A stretch of 64,000 bases of DNA, from IMG/VR virus record IMGVR_UViG_3300029455_000002, positions 13,617 through 77,616 of that record. One strand, given 5' to 3'. Source of the DNA: a virus. The position numbers and the translations under genes are program-made. Below, in pieces: positions 27,251 to 35,745 of this stretch. The notes below the pieces were generated by a model that was given only the letters and a program-made list of their open reading frames with translations, was not told the origin of the DNA and ran no database searches. The first letter of the stretch is position 1; each line of letters begins with the position of its first letter.

Positions 27251-27505
27251 ATGAATTATACAGACTTTTCAGAAGATGAAAGAAAATTTTATTTAAAAGA
27301 AGCAGGCTTCGATTCCAGAGAAGAAAAACTGTTTCGATTACGGGCCTATGGCGAAAAGACACTATGGGAAGCATCTGAACTTATGGGGTATAGTCCAAGA
27401 ACCATAGACCGAATTAATAAAAGAATAAAGAAGAAAATTTCTAAAGTTGCCCCGATGTACTGTCGGGGCTTTTCTTTGTATTGTGGCGAAAACGTGGCGA
27501 AATAG
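27251..27505 (+). CDS. small sigma region-4 / HTH regulator
   Basis: LWEASELMGYSPRTIDRINKRIKKKI; GGGAGGA RBS; a terminator hairpin lies inside the last codons. Confidence 0.5.
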   Translation: MNYTDFSEDERKFYLKEAGFDSREEKLFRLRAYGEKTLWEASELMGYSPRTIDRINKRIKKKISKVAPMYCRGFSLYCGENVAK

Positions 27506-27560
27506 TGACGTTCAAAAACAGAGTTCCTTCCTATATAATATAATTATAGGAGAAAACACT

Positions 27561-27758
27561 ATGATTACGTTAAATAACCCTTATGAGGGCGTGTGGGAAA
27601 AGTATCGCTCCATAGATGATATGGACATGATTCTTGAATCCCGGATAGGAGGAACAGATTATGGCAGGATACCCGTATTATCCACAACAGCCAATGATAA
27701 ACAGCCCGTACGGACAAATCCAACCGTATCAGGACAGGCTTGCACAACTGCAAAATAA
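27561..27758 (+). CDS. hypothetical small protein (3' part overlaps the next gene)
   Basis: AGGAG RBS; only the first ~33 codons look protein-like. Confidence 0.3.
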   Translation: MITLNNPYEGVWEKYRSIDDMDMILESRIGGTDYGRIPVLSTTANDKQPVRTNPTVSGQACTTAK

Positions 27759-28158
27759 TTACCAGCAAGCAATGCCGTATGGTCAGATGCAAATGCAACA
27801 GTTACAGTCCGTCCCACAGTCCCCTATGTTACAAGGTCAGATGGTGGATGGAATTGATACTGTAAAAGCTAAAGATGTGGATATGTCTGGAAATCCTGTT
27901 TACTATCCAAAGACAGACGGAACTGAAATTTACAGAAAACAGCTTCAATCCGATGGAAGAAGCAGGATTTTTGTTTACCGACTCGTAAATCCAGACGAAC
28001 AGCAATCTAAGCAAGATGAAAAGCAGGTTGATATTGAAGCAATGTTTAATCAGCTTCGGAATGATGTTTGTTCGGAGATTTCTGAAATAAAGAATATGTT
28101 TCCGACACAGATGTCGGGGACATCGGAACCTAAGCAGAACGGAGGTAGGCAGAGATGA
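27661..28158 (+). CDS. Gln/Pro/Tyr-rich hypothetical protein
   Basis: AGGAGG RBS; low-complexity N-terminus YPYYPQQP...QMQMQQLQ, then a globular C-terminal part. Confidence 0.5.
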   Translation: MAGYPYYPQQPMINSPYGQIQPYQDRLAQLQNNYQQAMPYGQMQMQQLQSVPQSPMLQGQMVDGIDTVKAKDVDMSGNPVYYPKTDGTEIYRKQLQSDGRSRIFVYRLVNPDEQQSKQDEKQVDIEAMFNQLRNDVCSEISEIKNMFPTQMSGTSEPKQNGGRQR

Positions 28159-28400
28159 CATTCAATCCAAACGCCATGATGAAAAAGCAATTTGAGAAAA
28201 TGATTTCTCAGAGGTTCGGAAGTGTTGACAACATGATGAACGATATGAGTAAATTTGCAGGAAATAATCCAACATTGAAGAATGCGTTGGATTTATACAA
28301 AAAAGGTGATACAGACCAGTTACATCAAATACAGCAAAATGTATTCAACGAAAAACATTTATCTCCAGATGGAATTATACAAAAATTCCTTGGATTATAA
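28155..28400 (+). CDS. hypothetical protein
   Basis: ATGA coupling; 81 aa. Confidence 0.5.
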   Translation: MTFNPNAMMKKQFEKMISQRFGSVDNMMNDMSKFAGNNPTLKNALDLYKKGDTDQLHQIQQNVFNEKHLSPDGIIQKFLGL

Positions 28401-28497
28401 CACTTCCCCACAATTGGGTGATTAAAAATCGCTACAATTCGGGACGACAGCCGCGGATGTCTCCTATTGTAAATAAAATTTTAAGGAGACTAAAAAC

Positions 28498-29307
28498 ATG
28501 ATGAATGGTTCAAATTATAGTCTTAGTGACATTGCTGCCGCTACAGGCTCTAATAATCGCGCCAATGATATGTGGGGCGGTGATGGCTTTTCACTTATCT
28601 GGCTCGTCCTGATCTTTGCCATCTTTGGATGGGGAGGCTTTGGCGGCTGGGGCGGCGGCTTCGGCGGCAATGGTGGAAACGGTGCAAATGGTGCTGGATT
28701 CCAAGGATGGGCCACACGTGCGGATATTAATGAGGGCTTTGCTCTTAACGATATTCAGAACGGTATCAGAGGTATTCAGCAGGGCATTTGCGACAGTACA
28801 TATGCACTCAACAATACCATGCAGAGTGGCTTCAACGGCGTGAACGTTGGAATGCTTCAGGGCTTCAATGGCGTTCAGCAGGCAATTAACGCTGATACAG
28901 TGGCTAATATGCAGAACACCAATGCATTACAGTCTCAGTTAGCAAATTGTTGCTGTGAAACAAGGGAAGCTATCCAGGGTATCAACTACAACATGGCTAC
29001 CAACACTTGTGCTCTCCAGAACACAATGAATAACAATACAAGAGACCTTCTGGAAAACCAGAACAGTAATACAAGAGCAATCCTTGATTTCCTGACTCAG
29101 GATAAGATTGCAACATTACAGGCAGAAAATACTGATCTGAAACGTGCTGCATCTCAGGATCGCCAGTCTGCGCTGCTTACAACTGCTATGGCTTCACAGA
29201 CTCAGCAGTTGATCAATGCAATTAATCCGGCAGCCATCCCGGCATACGTTGTTCCTAATCCGAATACCTATTACGGTGGATGCGGATGCAACAGTGGTTG
29301 CTGCTAA
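28498..29307 (+). CDS. Gly/Asn/Gln-rich membrane-anchored protein with a C-terminal Cys cluster
   Basis: TM helix IWLVLIFAIFGW, then GGFGGWGGGFGGNGGNG, Asn/Gln repeats, and the ending GGCGCNSGCC. Confidence 0.6.
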   Translation: MMNGSNYSLSDIAAATGSNNRANDMWGGDGFSLIWLVLIFAIFGWGGFGGWGGGFGGNGGNGANGAGFQGWATRADINEGFALNDIQNGIRGIQQGICDSTYALNNTMQSGFNGVNVGMLQGFNGVQQAINADTVANMQNTNALQSQLANCCCETREAIQGINYNMATNTCALQNTMNNNTRDLLENQNSNTRAILDFLTQDKIATLQAENTDLKRAASQDRQSALLTTAMASQTQQLINAINPAAIPAYVVPNPNTYYGGCGCNSGCC

Positions 29308-29385
29308 GTAACTCACCCTTAGAGGTTGACTAATTCTAAGAGGTGGGTTGCGGCTCACCTCTTATTTGATTGAGAGGTATAAAAT

Positions 29386-29811
29386 ATGAGTTGTAAAAAT
29401 GTTTGTAAGCTCTGCAACCATCTTGTGATAAGCCAGTCTATATCGTTTACAGGAGGCAATCTTGTAATCACACTTCCGGCAGGCAGTTACAACAATGGAG
29501 AGAAATATTGTATTGTTGTTGCACAAAGTATACCGGAAACAACCACAATTTCTGCTCCGGTAGTAATTCAGGTAGGAACGGGAACAACCTTGTATCCGTT
29601 GCAGAATCGTTGCTGTGCACAAGTTACGGCTTGCGGAATAAGAACCAGAACGAAGTATGCAACCAGAGTAGCTACAAGTGCAACCGGCGGAGTATTCAAG
29701 ATGTTAGGAAATCCGGCTTGTAGTCCAACTAACAATTTAACAGCAATTAATGGTACAGCCCCAACGACAGAAGCACCTGTTACACAGGCTGTTAGAAAGG
29801 GGGAATTGTAA
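29386..29811 (+). CDS. Cys-rich hypothetical protein
   Basis: CKNVCKLC N-terminus, RCCAQVTAC, Thr/Ala-rich tail. Confidence 0.55.
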   Translation: MSCKNVCKLCNHLVISQSISFTGGNLVITLPAGSYNNGEKYCIVVAQSIPETTTISAPVVIQVGTGTTLYPLQNRCCAQVTACGIRTRTKYATRVATSATGGVFKMLGNPACSPTNNLTAINGTAPTTEAPVTQAVRKGEL

Positions 29812-30437
29812 TGCATAAAGTTGCAATGGAAATGGGAAAATGGGCTATGGAGAAAGCCAAAGCGCATGGATTTGACAATCTTAGTTCTCAGGACTGGGAT
29901 GATCTGAAAGATTGCTTAGAAGCAGTAAAATGCGCAATCTGTGCAGACAAAGATTATCGAATCGTAGAAGCTATGGACGAATGCGAACAGGAAGAAAAGT
30001 ATCTTGGACGCATGGGATATGACAGATATCGTTATGTAAACGGCAGATTTGCACCAAAAGGCAGAGGAAGCCGCATGGGATATATGCCATATCTTCATAT
30101 GCAGGATGATGACTGGATAAGCGAATATCCGAATAATCCAGAGTTTGACCAGAACCTGTACCGCATGGGATATCATCCAGACCGTAGTGATATGAGAATG
30201 GATGGAATGAACCATAAGCAGTCCAGATATGGTGAAACCTACGACAGATACAGCGAGAATCGCAGACATTACCATGATTCCAAAGACGCTGAGTCTAAGA
30301 GAAAAATGGATGATTCCATGAAAGAGTATACAGAAGATATCATCCGCAACATGAAAGAAATGTGGGATGATGCAGACGCATCAATCAGACAGCAGATGAA
30401 AACTGACTTAACACGTTTCATACAGCAGATGAATTGA
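29811..30437 (+). CDS. hypothetical protein with RMGY repeats
   Basis: Three xRMGY motifs; charged and His/Asp-rich. Confidence 0.55.
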   Translation: MHKVAMEMGKWAMEKAKAHGFDNLSSQDWDDLKDCLEAVKCAICADKDYRIVEAMDECEQEEKYLGRMGYDRYRYVNGRFAPKGRGSRMGYMPYLHMQDDDWISEYPNNPEFDQNLYRMGYHPDRSDMRMDGMNHKQSRYGETYDRYSENRRHYHDSKDAESKRKMDDSMKEYTEDIIRNMKEMWDDADASIRQQMKTDLTRFIQQMN

Positions 30438-30505
30438 ATATGAAATGAGCTTTGCCCTTGTTACAGGAATGTAGCAGGGGCTTTTTGATTGAAAGGAGAA
30501 TTATT

Positions 30506-30817
30506 ATGAAGAAATTATTTATTAGTCAGCCGATGAGAGGAAAAACAGATGAGGAAATCCTTGCAACTAGAGAAAAAGCGATTAAGAGCGCAGAGAAGCA
30601 GATTGGTGAACCTGTAGAAGTAATTGATTCTTTCTTCCAGTCAGCACCAGTTGACGCAAAACCACTTTGGTATCTGGGCGAATCCCTTAAACTACTGGCA
30701 GAAGCTGATGTGGCGTTCTTTGCTAAAGGATGGGACGAAGCCAGAGGATGCAAGATTGAGAATACTTGCGCTATTGAATATGGCATTGAGACCGTTATCG
30801 AAGATTATACAGCATAA
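30506..30817 (+). CDS. DUF4406 / nucleoside 2-deoxyribosyltransferase-like protein
   Basis: KLFISQPMRGKTDEEI...ADVAFFAKGWDEARGCKIE pattern. Confidence 0.55.
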   Translation: MKKLFISQPMRGKTDEEILATREKAIKSAEKQIGEPVEVIDSFFQSAPVDAKPLWYLGESLKLLAEADVAFFAKGWDEARGCKIENTCAIEYGIETVIEDYTA

Positions 30818-30841
30818 GCCAAAAAAGGATGGTGATAAACT

Positions 30842-31228
30842 ATGCTAAGACAATTTTACATGAACGGTGACCTATGGAGAGTGCAGTTTGTATCTCCGCA
30901 TGACAGCGTGTTAATTGACCGTACAGGCAATAGGACGCTTGGAGTATCGGATTATTCCACCCACGTTATTTCAATCGCAAATAACCTGTATGGAGAACTT
31001 CTGAACCGTGTATTTATTCATGAGTTAGGGCATTGTGTGATGTTCAGCTATGGTCTATTACCAGAACTTCATCGCATGGTCAAGAAACGGTATTGGGTGG
31101 ACGCGGAGGAATTTGTATGCAATATTCTGGCAGATTATGGACAGTTTGTTATTGGCACGGCCAGAGATATCTTAGGAAACCAGTTCACATATGTAGCTCC
31201 CATTGGGGCAGAAAGGATGAGTGCATAG
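30842..31228 (+). CDS. putative zinc metalloprotease (HExxH)
   Basis: FIHELGHCVMF motif; 128 aa. Confidence 0.5.
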   Translation: MLRQFYMNGDLWRVQFVSPHDSVLIDRTGNRTLGVSDYSTHVISIANNLYGELLNRVFIHELGHCVMFSYGLLPELHRMVKKRYWVDAEEFVCNILADYGQFVIGTARDILGNQFTYVAPIGAERMSA

Positions 31229-31471
31229 ATGGCAAAAGCAGAAAACACAATTATTTTTGATGGCATTCAGTACAAACCCGGTGATGAATTGCCGGATTTA
31301 GGTAGTTGGGTATGTACAGATGCAAAAGGTATGGTTCGCGATTATGAGGGACTTTCAAAAGACGTGTCAAAGCTCCCGCATTATGTACAGAGCGGTTCTT
31401 CGGCGTTATGCCTTGATACCTCTGAATTATACGAATATCACAAACCTACTGACACATGGTACAAACTATAA
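31229..31471 (+). CDS. small fibre-associated protein; homolog of the N-terminus of 35746..36756
   Basis: AENTIIFDGIQYKPGDELPDLGS...YEGLSKDVSKLPHYV aligns with AQNTVIIDDVEYKPGEQLPELGS...YEGLAKDSDKLPLYV. Confidence 0.65.
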   Translation: MAKAENTIIFDGIQYKPGDELPDLGSWVCTDAKGMVRDYEGLSKDVSKLPHYVQSGSSALCLDTSELYEYHKPTDTWYKL

Positions 31472-31484
31472 GGAGAAAAAACGC

Positions 31485-33494
31485 ATGGCATTAACGGCAA
31501 AAAAAGTATACGCAATTTTAAAACGCCAGATTTCCGATATGGAGTCAAAAATAAAAACACCTGTCATATATAAAGGAACCGTTACGACAGCTGATTTGCT
31601 TCCACTAAATCCAAGTATCGGTGATATGTACAATATTGAACAGAAATCAATATATGGCGAAGCAGGAATGAATGTGGCATGGAACGGCGTAGTTTGGGAC
31701 ACCATGGGAGCACCGATTGATATGTCACTTTATATTAAATCTGATGAATTGGCAGATTGGGTAAAACAGCAGAACAAGCCAACATATACGGCTGAAGAAG
31801 TGGGGGCATTGCCCGCAGATACAAAGATACCAACAAAAGTCAGTGAACTAGAAAATGATTCAGAATTTCTTTCCGGAACAGATAAGACCCTGAGCGTATC
31901 TGGAAAGGCTGCGGATGCAGCAACTGTAGGCGAACAGTTAGAAAAGATAACAGAAATATTAAATAGTGCTTCAAGCATTGAAAACGCACTTTCAAATTTC
32001 TTCGCCCTCCGCAGAACAGGAAAAGTCTACACAACCAGAATCTACAAGTATGACACATCCACCAGCCCGACAGGAGTGAAAATGAATGACAATGAAGGAC
32101 TGGTGAGAAAACCGTCTACAAATACAGTGATTGGACAGGATGATTACAGGGAAATTGGCGTATTCATGCACTTTCCATGTAATTTTACCGTAGATGATAA
32201 AGGTTTTAACCATGTGACTGCACTGCAGGGACAGCCGGATTTTAAAAAGACCGGAAAAGTAGATGTGGGAGAGGTTACAATGTCCGCGTGGGTTGGCATC
32301 ACAGACAATCCTGAGTATGTAGATTATCATTACTCAGACAGTCCGAACGAAGCCCTTGGCCTTAGACCAATGGGAGAGTCAATTAATCCGGACGGAACAA
32401 TATCACCTTTTATGATTCATGGAAAATACGGGGCAGGAGACATTGATGGAGTGCCGTACAGCTCCGCAGGGCTGATTCTGGCAAACGGAAGCCAGAAAGG
32501 AGGAAAACCAGTATCACATACAGGACTGATCGCATACATGAGAAAGAAAGGCTCAATGTACGTGGGGACAACAAACTGGGATCTCTTTTACAAACAGCTT
32601 ATGATGATTATTTTGTACGCAACTACGAACAGCCGGAGCGTTATGACCGGATGTAATTCTTATACATCACAGGAAATGGCAACAGTTGCAGAAACCGGAG
32701 TAACAAGAGTAATTCTACCAAAAGCAAAAGCAAACAATTATATTGTTGGGTCTTATGTATCTGTCGGGGATATTGGTTCAAATACAAATAAAGGTAGATA
32801 TTACGCATACATGCACAACCTCGCATATGACGTGAAGATCTTGAAGATTGAACCGGTAGACGATACAAATTCTGCAATATATTTGGACACAGAACCATTC
32901 AACACGACATTAACGACCTGCATCTCAACAATGCCATGGCGGACCGGCTCAACCGACAGCGTGCTTGGATCAGATGGATCACCGTTCTCAAATACAGATA
33001 ACAAGAATCCATTCAAGATCCAGGGAATCGAAACCGGATACGGTGCTTATGAAGTCCTCAGTAATGTATTCATGGATATTGTTACAGATGAAGACGGAAC
33101 ACCAAAGAGAGACGTATACATCTGTATGGATGCGTCACTGCTTACAACGGATATGAATGCAGCAAAGACACGATACAAGAAAGTAGCGGCTCAGGTAACA
33201 TACACAGCAGCATCATGGAAATACATCTCAAAATGCTTTGTTGATCCAGCACTGGGAATTATGGTACCGACGGAAGCAAAAGCTGGAAGTACAACAGGAT
33301 TCTGCAATGGACTGTATACAGATTCAGGCACGAGCGGCCAAAGAGAATGGCTGTCCCTGGGCGGTCTGGACGATGGCACGTTTTGCGGCCTCTGGCTTCT
33401 GCATGCGCACTATGGCGTTGGCGATGCGTACTGGGCTATCGTCTCCGGCGTTTCGCCGAACGGCACACGGGGTGAATGGCAGGCGGCAGCCTGA
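31485..33494 (+). CDS. receptor-binding tail fibre; DGR target protein with a C-terminal variable region
   Basis: AAGGAG RBS; N-terminus is paralogous to 35746..36756; the last ~50 codons contain VR. Confidence 0.85.
   Translation: MALTAKKVYAILKRQISDMESKIKTPVIYKGTVTTADLLPLNPSIGDMYNIEQKSIYGEAGMNVAWNGVVWDTMGAPIDMSLYIKSDELADWVKQQNKPTYTAEEVGALPADTKIPTKVSELENDSEFLSGTDKTLSVSGKAADAATVGEQLEKITEILNSASSIENALSNFFALRRTGKVYTTRIYKYDTSTSPTGVKMNDNEGLVRKPSTNTVIGQDDYREIGVFMHFPCNFTVDDKGFNHVTALQGQPDFKKTGKVDVGEVTMSAWVGITDNPEYVDYHYSDSPNEALGLRPMGESINPDGTISPFMIHGKYGAGDIDGVPYSSAGLILANGSQKGGKPVSHTGLIAYMRKKGSMYVGTTNWDLFYKQLMMIILYATTNSRSVMTGCNSYTSQEMATVAETGVTRVILPKAKANNYIVGSYVSVGDIGSNTNKGRYYAYMHNLAYDVKILKIEPVDDTNSAIYLDTEPFNTTLTTCISTMPWRTGSTDSVLGSDGSPFSNTDNKNPFKIQGIETGYGAYEVLSNVFMDIVTDEDGTPKRDVYICMDASLLTTDMNAAKTRYKKVAAQVTYTAASWKYISKCFVDPALGIMVPTEAKAGSTTGFCNGLYTDSGTSGQREWLSLGGLDDGTFCGLWLLHAHYGVGDAYWAIVSGVSPNGTRGEWQAAA
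33348..33449 (+). repeat. DGR variable repeat (VR)
   Basis: 102 nt; 88 identities to TR; all 14 mismatches fall at TR adenines. Confidence 0.9.
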
Positions 33495-33495
33495 C

Positions 33496-33513
33496 AGAGG
33501 GGCTGTCCCCTCT
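33496..33513 (+). promoter_or_regulatory. GC hairpin downstream of VR (DGR target-recognition-type stem-loop)
   Basis: AGAGGGG CTGT CCCCTCT: 7-bp stem and 4-nt loop, immediately after the stop codon, with no T-run. Confidence 0.55.
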
Positions 33514-33598
33514 ATGTAACTGATAACTAATCAACTTCGAAAAAGCAGAATAGCAATAAATTACGGACTTGTAACACGAGGTAGCGGTTCCTGTTCCC

Positions 33599-33700
33599 TG
33601 GCTGTCCCTGGGCAATCTGGACAATGGCACGATTTACGGCCTCTGGATTCTGAATGCGAACAATGGCGTTGGCAATGCGAACTGGAATATCGTCTCCGGA
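33599..33700 (+). repeat. DGR template repeat (TR)
   Basis: Non-coding copy of VR; 23 adenines, 14 of which differ in VR. Confidence 0.9.
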
Positions 33701-33904
33701 TTTTCTTGAAAATGATTTGATATTTGTGTTACATTTCGCTCCGCAGGACGGAGCCTGCAACAGCAGCGTGGGGCATCACCGAAATTTGATTGAAGCCGAA
33801 CCTTGTGATCGGGAGCATAGGGGCCTGAGACAAGGACCATGAATGCAGTTGATTCATGTGTGGGGTGAGTAGAAAAACCGAAAACCCCTTATATCAAGAA
33901 ACGA

Positions 33905-35134
33905 ATGAAACGGTATTGTAAAAACATAACATTAGATCAGAATTTTATAACCGCATGTATCTACGAATGTCTAAGCGATAAATGGAACCGTATGGATACA
34001 GCCAGATTTCTGGCAAACTATACGAATATCATTACAGCCAGGCAGATACACAGGATTATAAAAGAAAACCTTAAAGACTGGTTGCATAATTTAGTCTGCA
34101 CAGCAGCGGCAGGACTGGAAGAAGAAATAAAACTTAGAAAAGTATCTTTTGATCCTATAGAGACAAGCGCAAGACTGGATGGAAATTCAGGAAAAGTAAG
34201 AGATATAGGCGTTGAGTGCATAAAACAGCAGATATACGATTATGTAGTCACAAACGGCTTAAAAGAATTAATTGTAAGAAAAGTAGGAACTTATCAATGT
34301 GCGAGCATTCCAGGGAGAGGACAGATCTATGGAAAAGAAGCAATTGAAAATTGGATCCGCAAGAATCCGGGCAAGACCAGAGTAGCAGCAAAGGGAGATG
34401 TCCGGAAATGCTATCCATCCATCAACAGGAGAAAATTGAAAAGAATGTTAGAGAAGCAGGTCAGAAATGAGGACCTGCTTTATTTGACTTTCGTTTTAAT
34501 TGACTCATTCGATCAGGGGCTGTCAATCGGATCATACTTGAGCCAATGGCTCTGTAATTATTATCTGAGTGCAGCTTATCATTATACTGCTGAAAAGCTG
34601 TTCAAGAGGAAGAAACACCGAGACGGAACAACAGAAGAAATCAGGCTGATTAATCATGTATTGTTCTACATGGACGACTTCCTACTGATCGGAAGCAGAA
34701 AGGCAGATGTGAGAAAAGCAATGAAACTCCTGATTAAATACATGAATGAGTATTTAGATCTGACGGTAAAATCAGACTGGAAGCTGTTCCAGATCGACTG
34801 GATAGACAAAGAGGGAAAACATCATGGAGAACCTATTGATATGATGGGATTCAAAATATATCGGGACCACACAGAGGTAAGGCGGAGCATTTTCCTGAGA
34901 GGACGCAGGACGTTTGTAAAAGCCGGGAAATATGCGGAGAAAGGAAAAGCGATACCATTAGATCTTGCGTACCGGTGCATAGCATATTACGGATGGTTCA
35001 AACATTTCGATTCTGAATATTTCAGAGAAAAGTATAACGTAGATAAGATCTTTGAGAAAGCGAAAAGGAGGGTAAGTCGTGAAAGCAAGATTTACAGAAA
35101 AGCAGGATTCTGTAACCTGGAATGTGCTGCCTGA
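33905..35134 (+). CDS. DGR reverse transcriptase
   Basis: YMDDFLLIG active site; SIGSYLSQWLCNYYL (the DGR-specific xGxxxSQ motif); 409 aa. Confidence 0.9.
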   Translation: MKRYCKNITLDQNFITACIYECLSDKWNRMDTARFLANYTNIITARQIHRIIKENLKDWLHNLVCTAAAGLEEEIKLRKVSFDPIETSARLDGNSGKVRDIGVECIKQQIYDYVVTNGLKELIVRKVGTYQCASIPGRGQIYGKEAIENWIRKNPGKTRVAAKGDVRKCYPSINRRKLKRMLEKQVRNEDLLYLTFVLIDSFDQGLSIGSYLSQWLCNYYLSAAYHYTAEKLFKRKKHRDGTTEEIRLINHVLFYMDDFLLIGSRKADVRKAMKLLIKYMNEYLDLTVKSDWKLFQIDWIDKEGKHHGEPIDMMGFKIYRDHTEVRRSIFLRGRRTFVKAGKYAEKGKAIPLDLAYRCIAYYGWFKHFDSEYFREKYNVDKIFEKAKRRVSRESKIYRKAGFCNLECAA

Positions 35135-35420
35135 TGGAAACGTGGATGTAATGATATGTCTGAATGAAAAGACTGTTACAGAAACTTATCCGGATACAGA
35201 TCCGGAGACAGAACAGACAGTATTCGAATATGATTTTAACCAGTTCCGGGAAAGACAGGAGAAGATCTCAGAGGAAACTGTAAGAGCATCACCGGAAAAA
35301 TATCTGAAATATATTCCGGAGAAAGAAAAAAGCACTGAACAGAAATTTGCAGAGCAGGCAGAACAGATCGAAATGTTGAAAGACTGCCTGCTGGAAATGA
35401 GTGAACAGGTTTATGCGTAG
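35079..35420 (+). CDS. acidic small post-fibre protein
   Basis: GTG start with an AAGGAGGG RBS; overlaps the RT 3' end by 56 nt. Confidence 0.5.
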   Translation: MKARFTEKQDSVTWNVLPDGNVDVMICLNEKTVTETYPDTDPETEQTVFEYDFNQFRERQEKISEETVRASPEKYLKYIPEKEKSTEQKFAEQAEQIEMLKDCLLEMSEQVYA

Positions 35421-35460
35421 AAATTTAATTATTTTATTGTTAAGCAAAGGAGACAAAGAA

Positions 35461-35607
35461 ATGATGGCGAAATTATGGGCGAGTGAAATTTTAAGCAAAG
35501 AAACTATTGAGGAAGCAAAAAAGGAATACAACAGAGTTCCACGCCTGTTAAAAGAAAAGGTAAAGAAGCTTCTCATTGACGCAGGTATGGAGGAAATTAC
35601 TGAATAA
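35461..35607 (+). CDS. small phage protein (CD1375-like pattern)
   Basis: MMAKLWASEIL...VPRLLKEKVKKLLIDAGMEE; AAAGGAG RBS. Confidence 0.45.
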   Translation: MMAKLWASEILSKETIEEAKKEYNRVPRLLKEKVKKLLIDAGMEEITE

Positions 35608-35745
35608 ATGACGAAACTTCAGATCATAAGAGGGTTTTAGTTAAGCAATTCGCAAAATTACAAAAGAAAAGATAGAAAATCTCTCAATTCTTACAAAGGA
35701 AGAAAAAGATTATATTTTGAATTGATAAGTGAAAGGAGAACTATT

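Larger units (their letters stand above)
31485..35134 (+). mobile_element. diversity-generating retroelement (target, VR, TR, RT)
   Basis: VR/TR pair with adenine-only mismatches plus a DGR-type reverse transcriptase. Confidence 0.9.

Noticed and set aside
31320-31484. Upstream extension of the fibre ORF (track start 31320)
   Set aside because: It overlaps the well-supported 31229..31471 gene in another frame. ATG 31485 has an AAGGAG RBS, and homology to the paralog begins there.
33191-33842. Six overlapping 62-93-aa ORFs on both strands across the VR, TR and spacer (for example 33238..33519, 33436..33630, 33527..33760, 33634..33840, 33654..33842)
   Set aside because: They have Arg/Pro/Ala-rich composition and no RBS. 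They exist only because the GC-rich VR/TR repeat lacks stop codons. None resembles an Avd-type accessory protein.
35079-35420. The 113-aa ORF after the RT, considered as a candidate DGR accessory (Avd) protein
   Set aside because: It is strongly acidic and shows no basic helical-bundle character. Its position after a fibre-type gene fits the small post-fibre genes of PBSX-like tail modules instead.
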